Virus record (IMG/VR): IMGVR_UViG_3300028646_000003
Span: 1-64,000 of that record
Direction: 5' to 3' (one strand)
Source: an uncultured virus (IMG/VR IMGVR_UViG_3300028646_000003)
Taxonomy: Duplodnaviria > Heunggongvirae > Uroviricota > Caudoviricetes
DNA length: 64,000 nt
The notes under the pieces are model-generated. The model made no database searches. It was not told where the DNA came from and saw only the letters and a program-made list of their open reading frames with translations. The number at the start of each line of letters is the position of its first letter. Positions within the stretch are counted from its first letter, which is position 1. The position numbers were made by a program, and so were the translations under genes. This document shows positions 31,079-39,996 of this stretch, in pieces.

Positions 31079-31669
31079 ATGCTGAATAGGACAATGCGTT
31101 TGTCAGTGGTATTATTATCAAGTAGTTTACTATTTATAATGCCAACAAATGCAAAGATACCATTCGTGGCAAATAATATTAAAGAAGAATTTAAAGTTAA
31201 CGAAATGGTACAGATAGACAATTTAGGATTAGTTAAAAATCCCATACAAATACAATATGAAAAAGATAAATTAGAAAGCGATAAGATTAAAACTGAGAAA
31301 CTTAAACAAGAACAATTAGAGAAAGAGAAAATAAATGAACTTCAATGGCAAGAGTTTGTATTAACTTACTATGGAGTATTGGAAAGTGAATGTGGTAAAA
31401 CAGATGGAATTACAGCTAGTAACAAACGAATTTCTCGTGGAATGGTAGCGAGTCCACCTCATATACCTTTTGGAACTAAAATAATTATTGATGGTAACGA
31501 GTATGTAGTTGAAGATAGGGGAAGTAGCAAATATATAAAAGTTAATAATGATGGAAGTATTAGATTGGATGTTTATACTCCTAGGCGTGAATCAGAATCA
31601 GATAGTCAATATAAAAAGAGAATTCAATCTTACGGAGTTGATAGAAAAGTTGGATATATTGTTAAATAG
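31079..31669 (+). CDS. secreted 3D-domain (lytic transglycosylase-like) protein
   Basis: Signal peptide; TYY..GITAS..VAS..IPFGTK..VVEDRG..RLDVY. Confidence 0.85.
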   Translation: MLNRTMRLSVVLLSSSLLFIMPTNAKIPFVANNIKEEFKVNEMVQIDNLGLVKNPIQIQYEKDKLESDKIKTEKLKQEQLEKEKINELQWQEFVLTYYGVLESECGKTDGITASNKRISRGMVASPPHIPFGTKIIIDGNEYVVEDRGSSKYIKVNNDGSIRLDVYTPRRESESDSQYKKRIQSYGVDRKVGYIVK

Positions 31670-31686
31670 AAAGGAAGGTGAAATAT

Positions 31687-31830
31687 ATGATAAATGGACA
31701 AACATTGTATGTAAGGTACAATCCATCAGGACAAGTAGTTAGAGTTGCTAGAGAAGGATACCAAGCAATGTACGTATACATAAATAATAAGCAAGTTTTA
31801 GTACCGATGTATAATTTGAGTGAGCTTTAA
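31687..31830 (+). CDS. small hypothetical protein (47 aa)
   Basis: MINGQTLYVRYNPSG..; RBS GGAAGGTG; below the ORF-track cutoff. Confidence 0.55.
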   Translation: MINGQTLYVRYNPSGQVVRVAREGYQAMYVYINNKQVLVPMYNLSEL

Positions 31831-31850
31831 TTTTAAATTAAATAAAGAAG

Positions 31851-32048
31851 GTGGAACAAATGCAAGAAATAGAATATGTTGATTTCCAAACTGCTAGAAA
31901 ATATATGGATAATGGCGGTAGATGCAGATTTAACAATAAAGAATACTTTATTAGAGATGGAGACTTATATTTAACTTATTTGACTAAACCAATGGTTACA
32001 AGTTTGTCTTTAAAAATGCTAGATTCAAAGAGATGGATACTATTATAG
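31851..32048 (+). CDS. hypothetical protein
   Basis: ORF in a run of small genes. Confidence 0.55.
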   Translation: MEQMQEIEYVDFQTARKYMDNGGRCRFNNKEYFIRDGDLYLTYLTKPMVTSLSLKMLDSKRWILL

Positions 32049-32076
32049 TCATTTAACTGATGAAGGAGTGATAATA

Positions 32077-32235
32077 ATTAATAAAAAATTATGTCTAAAT
32101 ATTCAATTTTCTAATTTGCTATTGAAGATGAATGATGAAGATATGGAAGAAGTATATAAATTATTATATAAAATCAACAAGAGACAAACGCAAGAAAATA
32201 AAGAAAAGATGGGAGAATATAATAATGAAATTTAG
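32077..32235 (+). CDS. small hypothetical protein, ATT start (52 aa)
   Basis: AAGGAGTG RBS, then ATT; open to TAG and fills the intergenic gap. Confidence 0.45.
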   Translation: MNKKLCLNIQFSNLLLKMNDEDMEEVYKLLYKINKRQTQENKEKMGEYNNEI

Positions 32236-32241
32236 GAGTGA

Positions 32242-32463
32242 ATGAATATGGGAAGTCAAATGCAAAAGTTTTTAGACAAAGAAAAGATATTAGTAGAAAG
32301 TAACAAATTTAAACAATATCAAAAGGATTTTGAAACTCAAATTCGTGAGGCTGACAATGAAAAGCTTAGACAATATTTCTTAGAATATTCTGAGAGTCAA
32401 GAAGACGGAAAGTTATTGCAAGGTGCGTTTGAGTTTATGCAATGGATAATAGCTAATAAATAA
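32242..32463 (+). CDS. hypothetical protein
   Basis: RBS AGGAG. Confidence 0.6.
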   Translation: MNMGSQMQKFLDKEKILVESNKFKQYQKDFETQIREADNEKLRQYFLEYSESQEDGKLLQGAFEFMQWIIANK

Positions 32464-32489
32464 AGAATAGAGATAAAAGGAGAATAAAT

Positions 32490-32765
32490 GTGAGTTATAA
32501 AGATAATGAAACAGTAAATATTACACTAGAAAGATATGAAGATTTGAAAGAATCATCTGAATGTTTATATAAGCTAATAAATTCTTTAGCAAATAGTTCT
32601 ACAATAACACCAAATAAAGAATTATTAATAAATAAGGAAAAGATTAGAGATGTCTATATTCAAGCAGATAGAATGTTATATATGCATTGTTTAAAACTAG
32701 GAAGTAAGTATGATGATGTTGAATTAGAAAATATTAAATTTAAGAAAGTTGAGAGTGATAAATAA
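32490..32765 (+). CDS. hypothetical protein
   Basis: RBS AAGGAG. Confidence 0.6.
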   Translation: MSYKDNETVNITLERYEDLKESSECLYKLINSLANSSTITPNKELLINKEKIRDVYIQADRMLYMHCLKLGSKYDDVELENIKFKKVESDK

Positions 32766-33040
32766 TGAATATTAAAAATGAAAACTTATTAAATGTTACA
32801 TACAACAATTTATCTAATTGTAAAGACTTAAATAATGAACTAAAAACATGGGGAATAAGTATTTGTGTCAATGGAGTATTACGAGATATTAATGATATTT
32901 TAATCGAGTTATCAAAGACATTAAAAGAATTGGTATTAGATGTCAAGCAAAGAGAAAATATCAAAAGTTATATTTGCAGTTTGTTAGGTGGTCTTAAATA
33001 TAGAGAGTCTATATTGATATTAATGAATAAATTATACTAG
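32765..33040 (+). CDS. small protein resembling an internal segment of TP901-type tape measure proteins
   Basis: LKTWGISICVNGVLRDINDILIELSK...LLGG..YRESILILMN. Confidence 0.5.
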   Translation: MNIKNENLLNVTYNNLSNCKDLNNELKTWGISICVNGVLRDINDILIELSKTLKELVLDVKQRENIKSYICSLLGGLKYRESILILMNKLY

Positions 33041-33073
33041 ATTTGTTAGAATTACAAAAAATCTCATTTTCAA

Positions 33074-33150
33074 CAATGGGGCTATAACTAGCTTACAGAG
33101 GTTGGATATTAACATAAAATGCTGATTTTAACAACTGTTAATAAATTAAA
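33074..33150 (+). repeat. composite intergenic repeat, copy
   Basis: AATGGGGCTATAACTAGC, then TAAAA-TGCTGA-TTTTA (33115-33130), 9 bp, AATAAATTAAA. Confidence 0.75.
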
Positions 33151-33172
33151 GCTAGAAAGGATTGAATAAATC

Positions 33173-33520
33173 ATGAAAAAATATTACAAATTAGAAACTG
33201 GCGATATTAATTTACAAGACTTATTATCATCTAGAACATATACAAATCCATATGGATTCAATCAATGTATTTACTGTGATAAAGACGTAGAATCTAGTGA
33301 TTGGAGAATATTTAAAATAAAAGATCAATCTCAATGGGTAACACCAACTAGATGCGATTGTGAAGGTGCTAAAAAGGAACTTGACTATAAATTAAATTTA
33401 GTTGAAGGATTATCTGAATTGGACAATTTAATTGATGAAAAAGAATTAAATAAAAAGATATTTAAAAATATTACTCTAGAGAACCAAAATGACTTTGAAG
33501 AATTTGAAGAAGAAGACTAA
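33173..33520 (+). CDS. Zn-binding hypothetical protein
   Basis: CIYC ... CDC. Confidence 0.6.
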   Translation: MKKYYKLETGDINLQDLLSSRTYTNPYGFNQCIYCDKDVESSDWRIFKIKDQSQWVTPTRCDCEGAKKELDYKLNLVEGLSELDNLIDEKELNKKIFKNITLENQNDFEEFEEED

Positions 33521-33584
33521 ATCATAATGAGGTGAACTAAAAATAGCTTATATAATAAAATAAAAGAAATAAACATATTAAGGA

Positions 33585-33773
33585 GTGATTGAAATGTTGA
33601 AAGCAATAATAAAATTTATAGGTTCAGTTATCACATTTTTAATAGCATTAGCTATTTTAGATTATTTTAAAGCAGATGTTTTTATGTACTTTGTGGTTGG
33701 AGTAATAGCGTCAGTGATCTCTAACGGCATAGATAATATTGTAGATAATACAACAATAAAAATAAACAAATAA
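33585..33773 (+). CDS. small membrane protein
   Basis: Two hydrophobic segments. Confidence 0.6.
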   Translation: MIEMLKAIIKFIGSVITFLIALAILDYFKADVFMYFVVGVIASVISNGIDNIVDNTTIKINK

Positions 33774-33797
33774 TATAGGAAGAGAGTGATTTGAAAG

Positions 33798-33977
33798 ATG
33801 TCAATGATATTAAATCCAGACATTAAAAAGAGAAAAGAAGTAGCAATGAAAGTTTTAGCAAATAACAAATATTGTCCATGCATGATTATTGAAAATGAAG
33901 ATACTAAATGTCCATGCAAAGATAAAAGAGAAAAAGACATTTGTATATGTGAACTTTATATTAAGGAGGAAATTTAA
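33798..33977 (+). CDS. ferredoxin:thioredoxin reductase catalytic-subunit-like protein (59 aa)
   Basis: MSMILNPD..YCPC..KCPC..ICICELY carries the CPC/CPC/CxC signature. Missed by the ORF track. Confidence 0.8.
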   Translation: MSMILNPDIKKRKEVAMKVLANNKYCPCMIIENEDTKCPCKDKREKDICICELYIKEEI

Positions 33978-34199
33978 ATGATTTTATTAATTGGAAAGAA
34001 AAATTGTTCAGCCTGTAATATGACTAAAACAGTTTTAAAAAATAAAGGTATTGAGTTTGAATATAAATTATTAAATGATTTACCACAAGAAGAACAGGAT
34101 TTTTATATAAACTTAGCACAAGAAAGTAACATGCTATCATTACCATTAATAGTGGTTGATAATAAATTAAAAACATTACAAGAAATAATAAACAATTAG
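33978..34199 (+). CDS. glutaredoxin-like NrdH redoxin
   Basis: CSAC motif and SLP cis-Pro loop; 73 aa. Confidence 0.85.
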   Translation: MILLIGKKNCSACNMTKTVLKNKGIEFEYKLLNDLPQEEQDFYINLAQESNMLSLPLIVVDNKLKTLQEIINN

Positions 34200-34215
34200 A
34201 AGGAGAGATAATATT

Positions 34216-36141
34216 ATGTACTTAAAAATAAGCTATGAACAAGAATTTGACGATTTAATGATGTATTTAAGGGGTAAATATCCAAGTGAATTATTCGATA
34301 TGGACGGAATAGGCGTACAATTAGACTTAGCCAAATTCTCAAAAAGTTTCTTTAGTAAAAAAGTAAAAACTACTACTGATATATCAGTAGATCAAAATAG
34401 TAATGTAGATGACGTTTCAGTAATTAGTTATTCAACTGAATTGAAAAAACCTTTTGAAAAAATAAACAGTTATTATATGATGTGGAAAGAATCCAAATCT
34501 TTATATGGATTAGGATTTGCAAATAATATTGTAGAAAGAAATTTAACGGGAGATATTTATATAAACGACTTTATAGGAGTAGGAGGAGGATTACCATATT
34601 GTTATAACTATTCTACATACGACATTATGATGAATGGACTTAGTATGGTAAAGAAAATACATAGTGTACCACCTAAATATCTAACAGCTTTTAAATCTCA
34701 ATTAGAACAATTTGTAGTAGTTGCAAGTAATTCAACTCTAGGTGCTTGTGGATTAGCTGATTTATTAGTAGTAATGAGTTACTATGTTAAAAATATATTA
34801 GTAAATAAAAGAGATGAACATTTTTCTTTTGTAACTGAAGAAGATTGTTGGAATTATGTTGATTCACAATTAACATCATTTATCTACACAATTAATCAAC
34901 CAATGAGAGGGAATCAATCTCCATTTACTAATGTATCAATTTATGATGGTAGATTCTTAGATAAAATGATTAATGACTACATATTCCCAGATGGTAGCCA
35001 TCCTGATAGAGAAGTAGTTAAGAAGATGCAAAACCTATATCTAGACATTATGAATAGAGAACAAGAAAGAACTCCAATTACGTTTCCTGTTACAACAGCA
35101 TGTTTCAGCATAAATGACAATCAGGAACTACAAGATATAGGGTTTGTTAATTACATAGCAAAAAAGAATATGAAATTTGCTTTTATAAATATGTATATGG
35201 GTAAGACTAGCACATTATCTTCTTGTTGCAGATTACGCAGTGAAACTACTAATGAATATTTTAATAGCTTTGGAAGTGGTTCAAGTAAAATTGGTAGTTT
35301 AGGAGTTTGTACAATTAATTTACCTAGATTATCAATAAAATATCAAAATGATCAAGCAAAATTTATGGAAGAATTAGCTTTATTAGTTGAGATGTGTGCA
35401 AAAATTAATAATACAAAAAGAAAGATAGTTCAAAAAAGAATAGACAATGGTAATCATCCACTATATGATTTAGGCTTTGTAGATATTAACACTCAATATT
35501 CAACTTGTGGAATTAATGGATTCAATGAGGCAATATCATATTTAGGAGAAGATATAAAAACAGAAAATGGAATGCAATTAGGATTAGAAATCATAAACAT
35601 AATAAATACTGTTAATGATAAAATGCAAAAGAGATTTAAAACTCCTCATAATTGTGAACAAATTCCAGCAGAAAATGTATCAATTAAACTAGCATCAAAA
35701 GACCAATTATTAAAATATCAAACAGAATACAATTTATATTCAAATCAATTCATACCATTAATAGTAAATGCAGATTTATTAGATAGAATTAGACTACAAG
35801 GAACATTTGATAAACATTTCTCTGGTGGATCTATAATGCATATTTCTTGTGATGAAAGATTAAATAACGTAGAAGATATGAAATTGTTAATTGAAACATG
35901 TGCAAAACAAGGTGTAATATATTTTGCAATAAATTATTTATTAAGAAAATGTGAAAATGGTCATATGACAGTAGGTTCAGATAATATTTGCCCTATATGT
36001 GGTGCGGAAATAGTAGACTTCTATACCAGAGTGGTCGGTTTTCTTACAAATATTAAAAACTGGCACAAAGTTAGAAGAGAAGAAGATGCTCCGAATAGAC
36101 AAATGTACAATACTGAATCCATAGGAAAGGCTAGTAAGTAA
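34216..36141 (+). CDS. nrdD: class III anaerobic ribonucleotide reductase
   Basis: YCY, QSPFTN, TFPVTT, SSCCRL, GSLGVCTINLPR, EQIPAE, C-terminal Zn site and glycyl-radical RVVGFL. Confidence 0.95.
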   Translation: MYLKISYEQEFDDLMMYLRGKYPSELFDMDGIGVQLDLAKFSKSFFSKKVKTTTDISVDQNSNVDDVSVISYSTELKKPFEKINSYYMMWKESKSLYGLGFANNIVERNLTGDIYINDFIGVGGGLPYCYNYSTYDIMMNGLSMVKKIHSVPPKYLTAFKSQLEQFVVVASNSTLGACGLADLLVVMSYYVKNILVNKRDEHFSFVTEEDCWNYVDSQLTSFIYTINQPMRGNQSPFTNVSIYDGRFLDKMINDYIFPDGSHPDREVVKKMQNLYLDIMNREQERTPITFPVTTACFSINDNQELQDIGFVNYIAKKNMKFAFINMYMGKTSTLSSCCRLRSETTNEYFNSFGSGSSKIGSLGVCTINLPRLSIKYQNDQAKFMEELALLVEMCAKINNTKRKIVQKRIDNGNHPLYDLGFVDINTQYSTCGINGFNEAISYLGEDIKTENGMQLGLEIINIINTVNDKMQKRFKTPHNCEQIPAENVSIKLASKDQLLKYQTEYNLYSNQFIPLIVNADLLDRIRLQGTFDKHFSGGSIMHISCDERLNNVEDMKLLIETCAKQGVIYFAINYLLRKCENGHMTVGSDNICPICGAEIVDFYTRVVGFLTNIKNWHKVRREEDAPNRQMYNTESIGKASK

Positions 36142-36605
36142 TTATAAACATATTAGCTACTCAATATACTTTAAGTAGAAAAGCCTTAGAAATATATGTG
36201 GCAGGGTGTAAGGGCAATCCCCATTGCACCAATTGCCACAATCCTGAATCATGGAACTTTGATATAGGTGATTTATATGATGAGGTGTATTTTGAGAAAA
36301 TAAAAACTAAAGTTCAAGATTTTGATAATATGATAACTTCAATACAGATATTTGGAGGAGAACCTAACGACCAAAATCATGTAGAGTTAGAACAAATGCT
36401 AAGAGATTTAAAAACACTCAATAAGGAAATATGGTTATTTACTAGATATGATTTAAAAGACTGCCCTAAATTTGAACTAAAATTATGTGATTATATTAAA
36501 ACTGGAAGGTATATTGAAGAATTAAGTTGTACTATTAATTTACAATACGGTATTCACTTGGCAACAGAAAATCAACATATTTATAAAAAGGGGTTAAATT
36601 ATTAA
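36141..36605 (+). CDS. nrdG: NrdG radical-SAM activase (start probably ATT 36141, overlapping the nrdD stop)
   Basis: Frame is open from 36141 (IINILATQYTL..EIYVAG); motifs CKGNPHCTNCHNPESW, GGEP and YIKTGRY. Confidence 0.88.
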   Translation: MINILATQYTLSRKALEIYVAGCKGNPHCTNCHNPESWNFDIGDLYDEVYFEKIKTKVQDFDNMITSIQIFGGEPNDQNHVELEQMLRDLKTLNKEIWLFTRYDLKDCPKFELKLCDYIKTGRYIEELSCTINLQYGIHLATENQHIYKKGLNY

Positions 36606-37172
36606 ATGGAAGAAGAATTTAAAGATATAGTTGGATTTGAAGGTAAATATCAAATATCAAATTTTGGAAACCTTAAAAGTTTAGCAAGAATAAATATGCA
36701 AAATAGATATATGAAAGAAAGAATATTAAAACCATCCAAAGATAAAGATGGATATTTAAGAATTGGATTATCTAATGGAAATAGAGGTGATTGCACATAT
36801 TATAGAATAAATAGACTCGTTGCTGAATATTTTATTACTAATCCTTTAAATTTACCACAAGTTAATCACATAGATGGAATAAGAGCTAATAATATTTATA
36901 CCAACCTTGAATGGTGTGATGGTGCTTATAATCAATGGCACAGATGTCATGTGAATAATAATCCTCCAGATAATGATTATAAAAAGAAAGGCGTAAAAGC
37001 TACATTGTTAGATAAAACAGTAATGATATTTGATTCATTAGTTGAATGTGGAGAATACTTTAATACTTCTTCATCTGCTATAAAGAATAAATTATACGGA
37101 AAATCAAGTAATCCAACAACAAGAAGTAAGACTAATAAATTATATGGTATATTTTTTGAATGGGCAAATTAA
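36606..37172 (+). CDS. NUMOD4-HNH homing endonuclease
   Basis: FKDIVGFEGKYQISNFG, RLVAEYF and VNHIDGIRANNIYTNLEW motifs. Confidence 0.88.
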   Translation: MEEEFKDIVGFEGKYQISNFGNLKSLARINMQNRYMKERILKPSKDKDGYLRIGLSNGNRGDCTYYRINRLVAEYFITNPLNLPQVNHIDGIRANNIYTNLEWCDGAYNQWHRCHVNNNPPDNDYKKKGVKATLLDKTVMIFDSLVECGEYFNTSSSAIKNKLYGKSSNPTTRSKTNKLYGIFFEWAN

Positions 37173-37184
37173 TAAAAGTCTGAA

Positions 37185-37220
37185 TAAATCAGATACTTTA
37201 TTACAATTCAATAAATTAAT
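37185..37220 (+). repeat. composite intergenic repeat, copy
   Basis: TAAAT-CAGATA-CTTTA, 9 bp, AATAAATTAAT. Confidence 0.6.
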
Positions 37221-37244
37221 TCAATATATAAGGAGAGAAGAAGA

Positions 37245-38051
37245 ATGAAATATAAAATAAATGTAAGTTTGTTTTCAGAAAATTACATAGAGGTAGAAGC
37301 AGATTCTCACGAAGAAGCTAGAAGATTAGCATACAATGAAAAATATAATATTATGTCAGAACAATTCAAGAATATTGGAGTATCACTTACTGATGATAAT
37401 GGTGAATATAGAAATTTAAGTGATATCCTAGAGGATATGTCTAAGAAATTTAATGAAAACATCAAAAATGATAAATTAGAAGGAGAGAATAAAATGAATA
37501 AATCAACAATTGAAATGGACGTATTACCATTAGGGGCAGAAGACACAGGTGAATCAATAACAGGAACTATGAAACAAGTAAACAACAAAATGACATTACA
37601 AGTAAGATACATAGATAAAAATATTACACCTATGGAAAAGATTGATGGTGGGGATTTAGTTGATATTAGAGTTAGTAGAGTATTTAAAAATGGAGAAGAA
37701 ACAATTTTCCCTTGTAAATATAGTTTTGGAGATACTTTATTCTTTAAATTAGGTTTCGCCATGAAAATGCCACCAAACAAAAAAGCTAATGTATATCCTC
37801 GTTCAGGAATGTTTAAAAATTATGGATTTTTATTAACAAACAGTGTCGGTCAAATAGATAATAGATTTCAAGGAAATGATGATGAATGGTGTGCAATGGT
37901 ATGGTGTACTAGAGATGGCGTAATAAACTACGATGATAGAATATTACAATTCGAAGTAGTTGATAGAGTTATGGAAAATGTTGAATTTGAAATAGTTGAA
38001 CAATTAGGCGATGTAAATCGTGGTGGATATTCTAGTACGGGAACTAAATAA
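37245..38051 (+). CDS. dut: trimeric dUTPase with an in-frame N-terminal extension (internal start at 37494)
   Basis: PRSG, GQIDNRFQG, RILQF and RGGYSSTG motifs; internal RBS AAGGAG before ATG 37494. Confidence 0.88.
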   Translation: MKYKINVSLFSENYIEVEADSHEEARRLAYNEKYNIMSEQFKNIGVSLTDDNGEYRNLSDILEDMSKKFNENIKNDKLEGENKMNKSTIEMDVLPLGAEDTGESITGTMKQVNNKMTLQVRYIDKNITPMEKIDGGDLVDIRVSRVFKNGEETIFPCKYSFGDTLFFKLGFAMKMPPNKKANVYPRSGMFKNYGFLLTNSVGQIDNRFQGNDDEWCAMVWCTRDGVINYDDRILQFEVVDRVMENVEFEIVEQLGDVNRGGYSSTGTK

Positions 38052-38068
38052 TTAGGAGGTATTTAATT

Positions 38069-38281
38069 ATGGAAGAATTAAAATTTACTTATAAGAATTG
38101 GAAAGACGAAATATCAGAAAGAAGAGCATATACTCAGTCAATAAAAATCTATTATGGAGAAGTTGAGTGGCACAAAGGAGAACAATGGTTAATGGTAGCA
38201 TTTGATATTGATAAGCAAGATTATAGAACATTCGCAATTAGAGATATTATTGGTGAGTTTCCATTAGATTTTATAAAATAA
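38069..38281 (+). CDS. stand-alone WYL-domain protein
   Basis: FTYKNWK..ERR..QWLMVAFDIDKQDYRTFAIRDI. Confidence 0.75.
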   Translation: MEELKFTYKNWKDEISERRAYTQSIKIYYGEVEWHKGEQWLMVAFDIDKQDYRTFAIRDIIGEFPLDFIK

Positions 38282-38289
38282 TAGGTTTG

Positions 38290-38371
38290 AGAATGGGGCT
38301 ATGACTAGCCTAGATTTCTAAATATTCTAATAAAATAAAATAATACTTTTAAATGATTATGATAAATTAAA
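38290..38371 (+). repeat. composite intergenic repeat, copy
   Basis: GAATGGGGCTATGACTAGC, then TAAAA-TAATAC-TTTTA (38336-38351), 9 bp, GATAAATTAAA. Confidence 0.7.
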
Positions 38372-38394
38372 AAAATTGAAAGAAGGAATGAAAA

Positions 38395-38655
38395 TTGAAA
38401 GAATTTTTAAAAGAACATTGGACTGAAGTCTTCGGTACAATTACTGGATTAGGACTTATGATCTATTCTGCAATTACCAAAGATATAATATGGTTTAACT
38501 TTGGTATCTTAATAACGTATATGCACTTAAACAACTTTAAAACAGATTTAGATAATAAGAAAATCAAAGATTTAGAAGAACAATTATCAAATACACAAGA
38601 ATTATTAAATAGATTAGCAAAAGTAATTCTTAAAGGAATTGAAGGAGGTAACTAA
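38395..38655 (+). CDS. small membrane protein
   Basis: Two hydrophobic segments plus a coiled coil. Confidence 0.6.
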   Translation: MKEFLKEHWTEVFGTITGLGLMIYSAITKDIIWFNFGILITYMHLNNFKTDLDNKKIKDLEEQLSNTQELLNRLAKVILKGIEGGN

Positions 38656-38764
38656 TAAATAAAACAAATTATAATAAATTAAGACAGATTAAATAAAATA
38701 GTCTGTCTTACACAAAAGTATAGAAAGCAGGTGATAAATAAATTAAATAAAGGAAGTGTATTAA

Positions 38765-39106
38765 ATGTTAATAATATTATATATTATACTAATTTATATC
38801 CTATTAGGCTCAGTAATTTATCTTATAGGACAAAATTTACATACTAAAAACAGCGGAATATTAATGCTTTATTATTACTTAGTATTAATGTTTGGAATGG
38901 CAATAGACTTGATTATATACCTTGATGATTCTTTGATCCCAACAATTAAGAATAAAACAGATATCTTTTGGGTTAAAAGACAATATAATAAATTCTTAAA
39001 GATAAAAGATTTAACTGAAGACGATAAGCAACTTATTATTAAAGCTAAAAATGAAATGGTTAGATTTCTTAGTAATGTAGACGGGGTACAAGATGATGAA
39101 GAATAA
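38765..39106 (+). CDS. membrane protein
   Basis: Two N-terminal transmembrane segments. Confidence 0.6.
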   Translation: MLIILYIILIYILLGSVIYLIGQNLHTKNSGILMLYYYLVLMFGMAIDLIIYLDDSLIPTIKNKTDIFWVKRQYNKFLKIKDLTEDDKQLIIKAKNEMVRFLSNVDGVQDDEE

Positions 39107-39815
39107 ATTAATTAAGTTTATTGTTAACTTTGTAATATCAGGTTTAGTATGTGTTTTAATGATAACTTCAATATTTGCATATAAATCACATACTACTAAA
39201 ACTTTAACACAAGTCCCACAAACTCAAATTTCACAACAAGTACAACAGTTTAGAGTTATTTCCAGTAAAGATGTTATAGACCATTTGAATAAGGAAAATA
39301 GCTTGAATGTATTTAGTGGTGAAATAGGTGCTACAAAAACATTTACAAATAAAGATATTCCAAGTGATGACGTAAATATGAATTGGATTAATAAGTGGTT
39401 TGAAAATCATAGTTCTAAAGAGATTACATATAACAATAGATATAAATTTTTATTTGCATATGATTTAAGTACTCCTAAAGTTACTTGCAATGATGGGGTT
39501 ATAAACATTCAAATTAGTCCAAATAAATTAAGTTTGATAAGTATAGAACAATTAAATCAAGCAAGTTCTGAAAAAGTGAAACTTTTTGAATCCAATTTCC
39601 AACCATATCAAAGAGATGCACTTAACATGAGAGTCAAAGAATTGACTAGAAATACAATAATGTCAGATCAAGACTATAGAGCAGAAGCAATAGAAAATAC
39701 AAAAGATAAACTTCGAGAAAATTTGAAAGCTTTTCTAGGAGATGATATAAAGGTAAATTTCACAGAAACAACGTATGATGTAGTACAACAAAATGATGTT
39801 TCACTAAATAGTTAA
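39093..39815 (+). CDS. membrane-anchored protein (DUF4230-like)
   Basis: N-terminal TM; F.YDL..I.I..P..L..A.EN...L..FL pattern. Confidence 0.55.
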   Translation: MMKNKLIKFIVNFVISGLVCVLMITSIFAYKSHTTKTLTQVPQTQISQQVQQFRVISSKDVIDHLNKENSLNVFSGEIGATKTFTNKDIPSDDVNMNWINKWFENHSSKEITYNNRYKFLFAYDLSTPKVTCNDGVINIQISPNKLSLISIEQLNQASSEKVKLFESNFQPYQRDALNMRVKELTRNTIMSDQDYRAEAIENTKDKLRENLKAFLGDDIKVNFTETTYDVVQQNDVSLNS

Positions 39816-39842
39816 TTTACAATAAAATAAATACATATTTTT

Positions 39843-39876
39843 AAGAGTAGTTAGGAACAATTAACTACTCTTTTTC
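39843..39876 (+). terminator. intrinsic terminator
   Basis: AAGAGTAGTT/AACTACTCTT hairpin followed by a T run. Confidence 0.6.
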
Positions 39877-39912
39877 ATATATTCTTTATACATTAATTTG
39901 TTAAAATAAGTA

Positions 39913-39941
39913 TTGCATTATTTTGGCACTAGTGGTAAGAT
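39913..39941 (+). promoter_or_regulatory. sigmaA-type promoter
   Basis: TTGCAT-17 bp-TAAGAT with extended TG; inverted AACAAATTAATGT box at 39890-39902. Confidence 0.6.
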
Positions 39942-39996
39942 TAATTTGTGGTTAAAATAACAAATTAATATAAATAATAAAGGAGATGTTAAATGA

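Noticed and set aside
31548..31742. ORF-track ORF overlapping the 3D gene
   Set aside because: It is an out-of-frame overlap; the 47-aa ORF at 31687 with an RBS fits better.
3622..37780. Minus-strand ORFs inside the + strand gene block (e.g. 3622, 5078, 13573, 17794, 27800, 30087, 37307)
   Set aside because: They are antisense shadows of well-supported genes, rich in Ser/Leu/Phe/Ile, with no RBS or motifs.
39828..39843. Additional TAAAT-N6-TTTTA core
   Set aside because: It lacks the downstream box at 9-10 bp and is expected by chance in AT-rich DNA.
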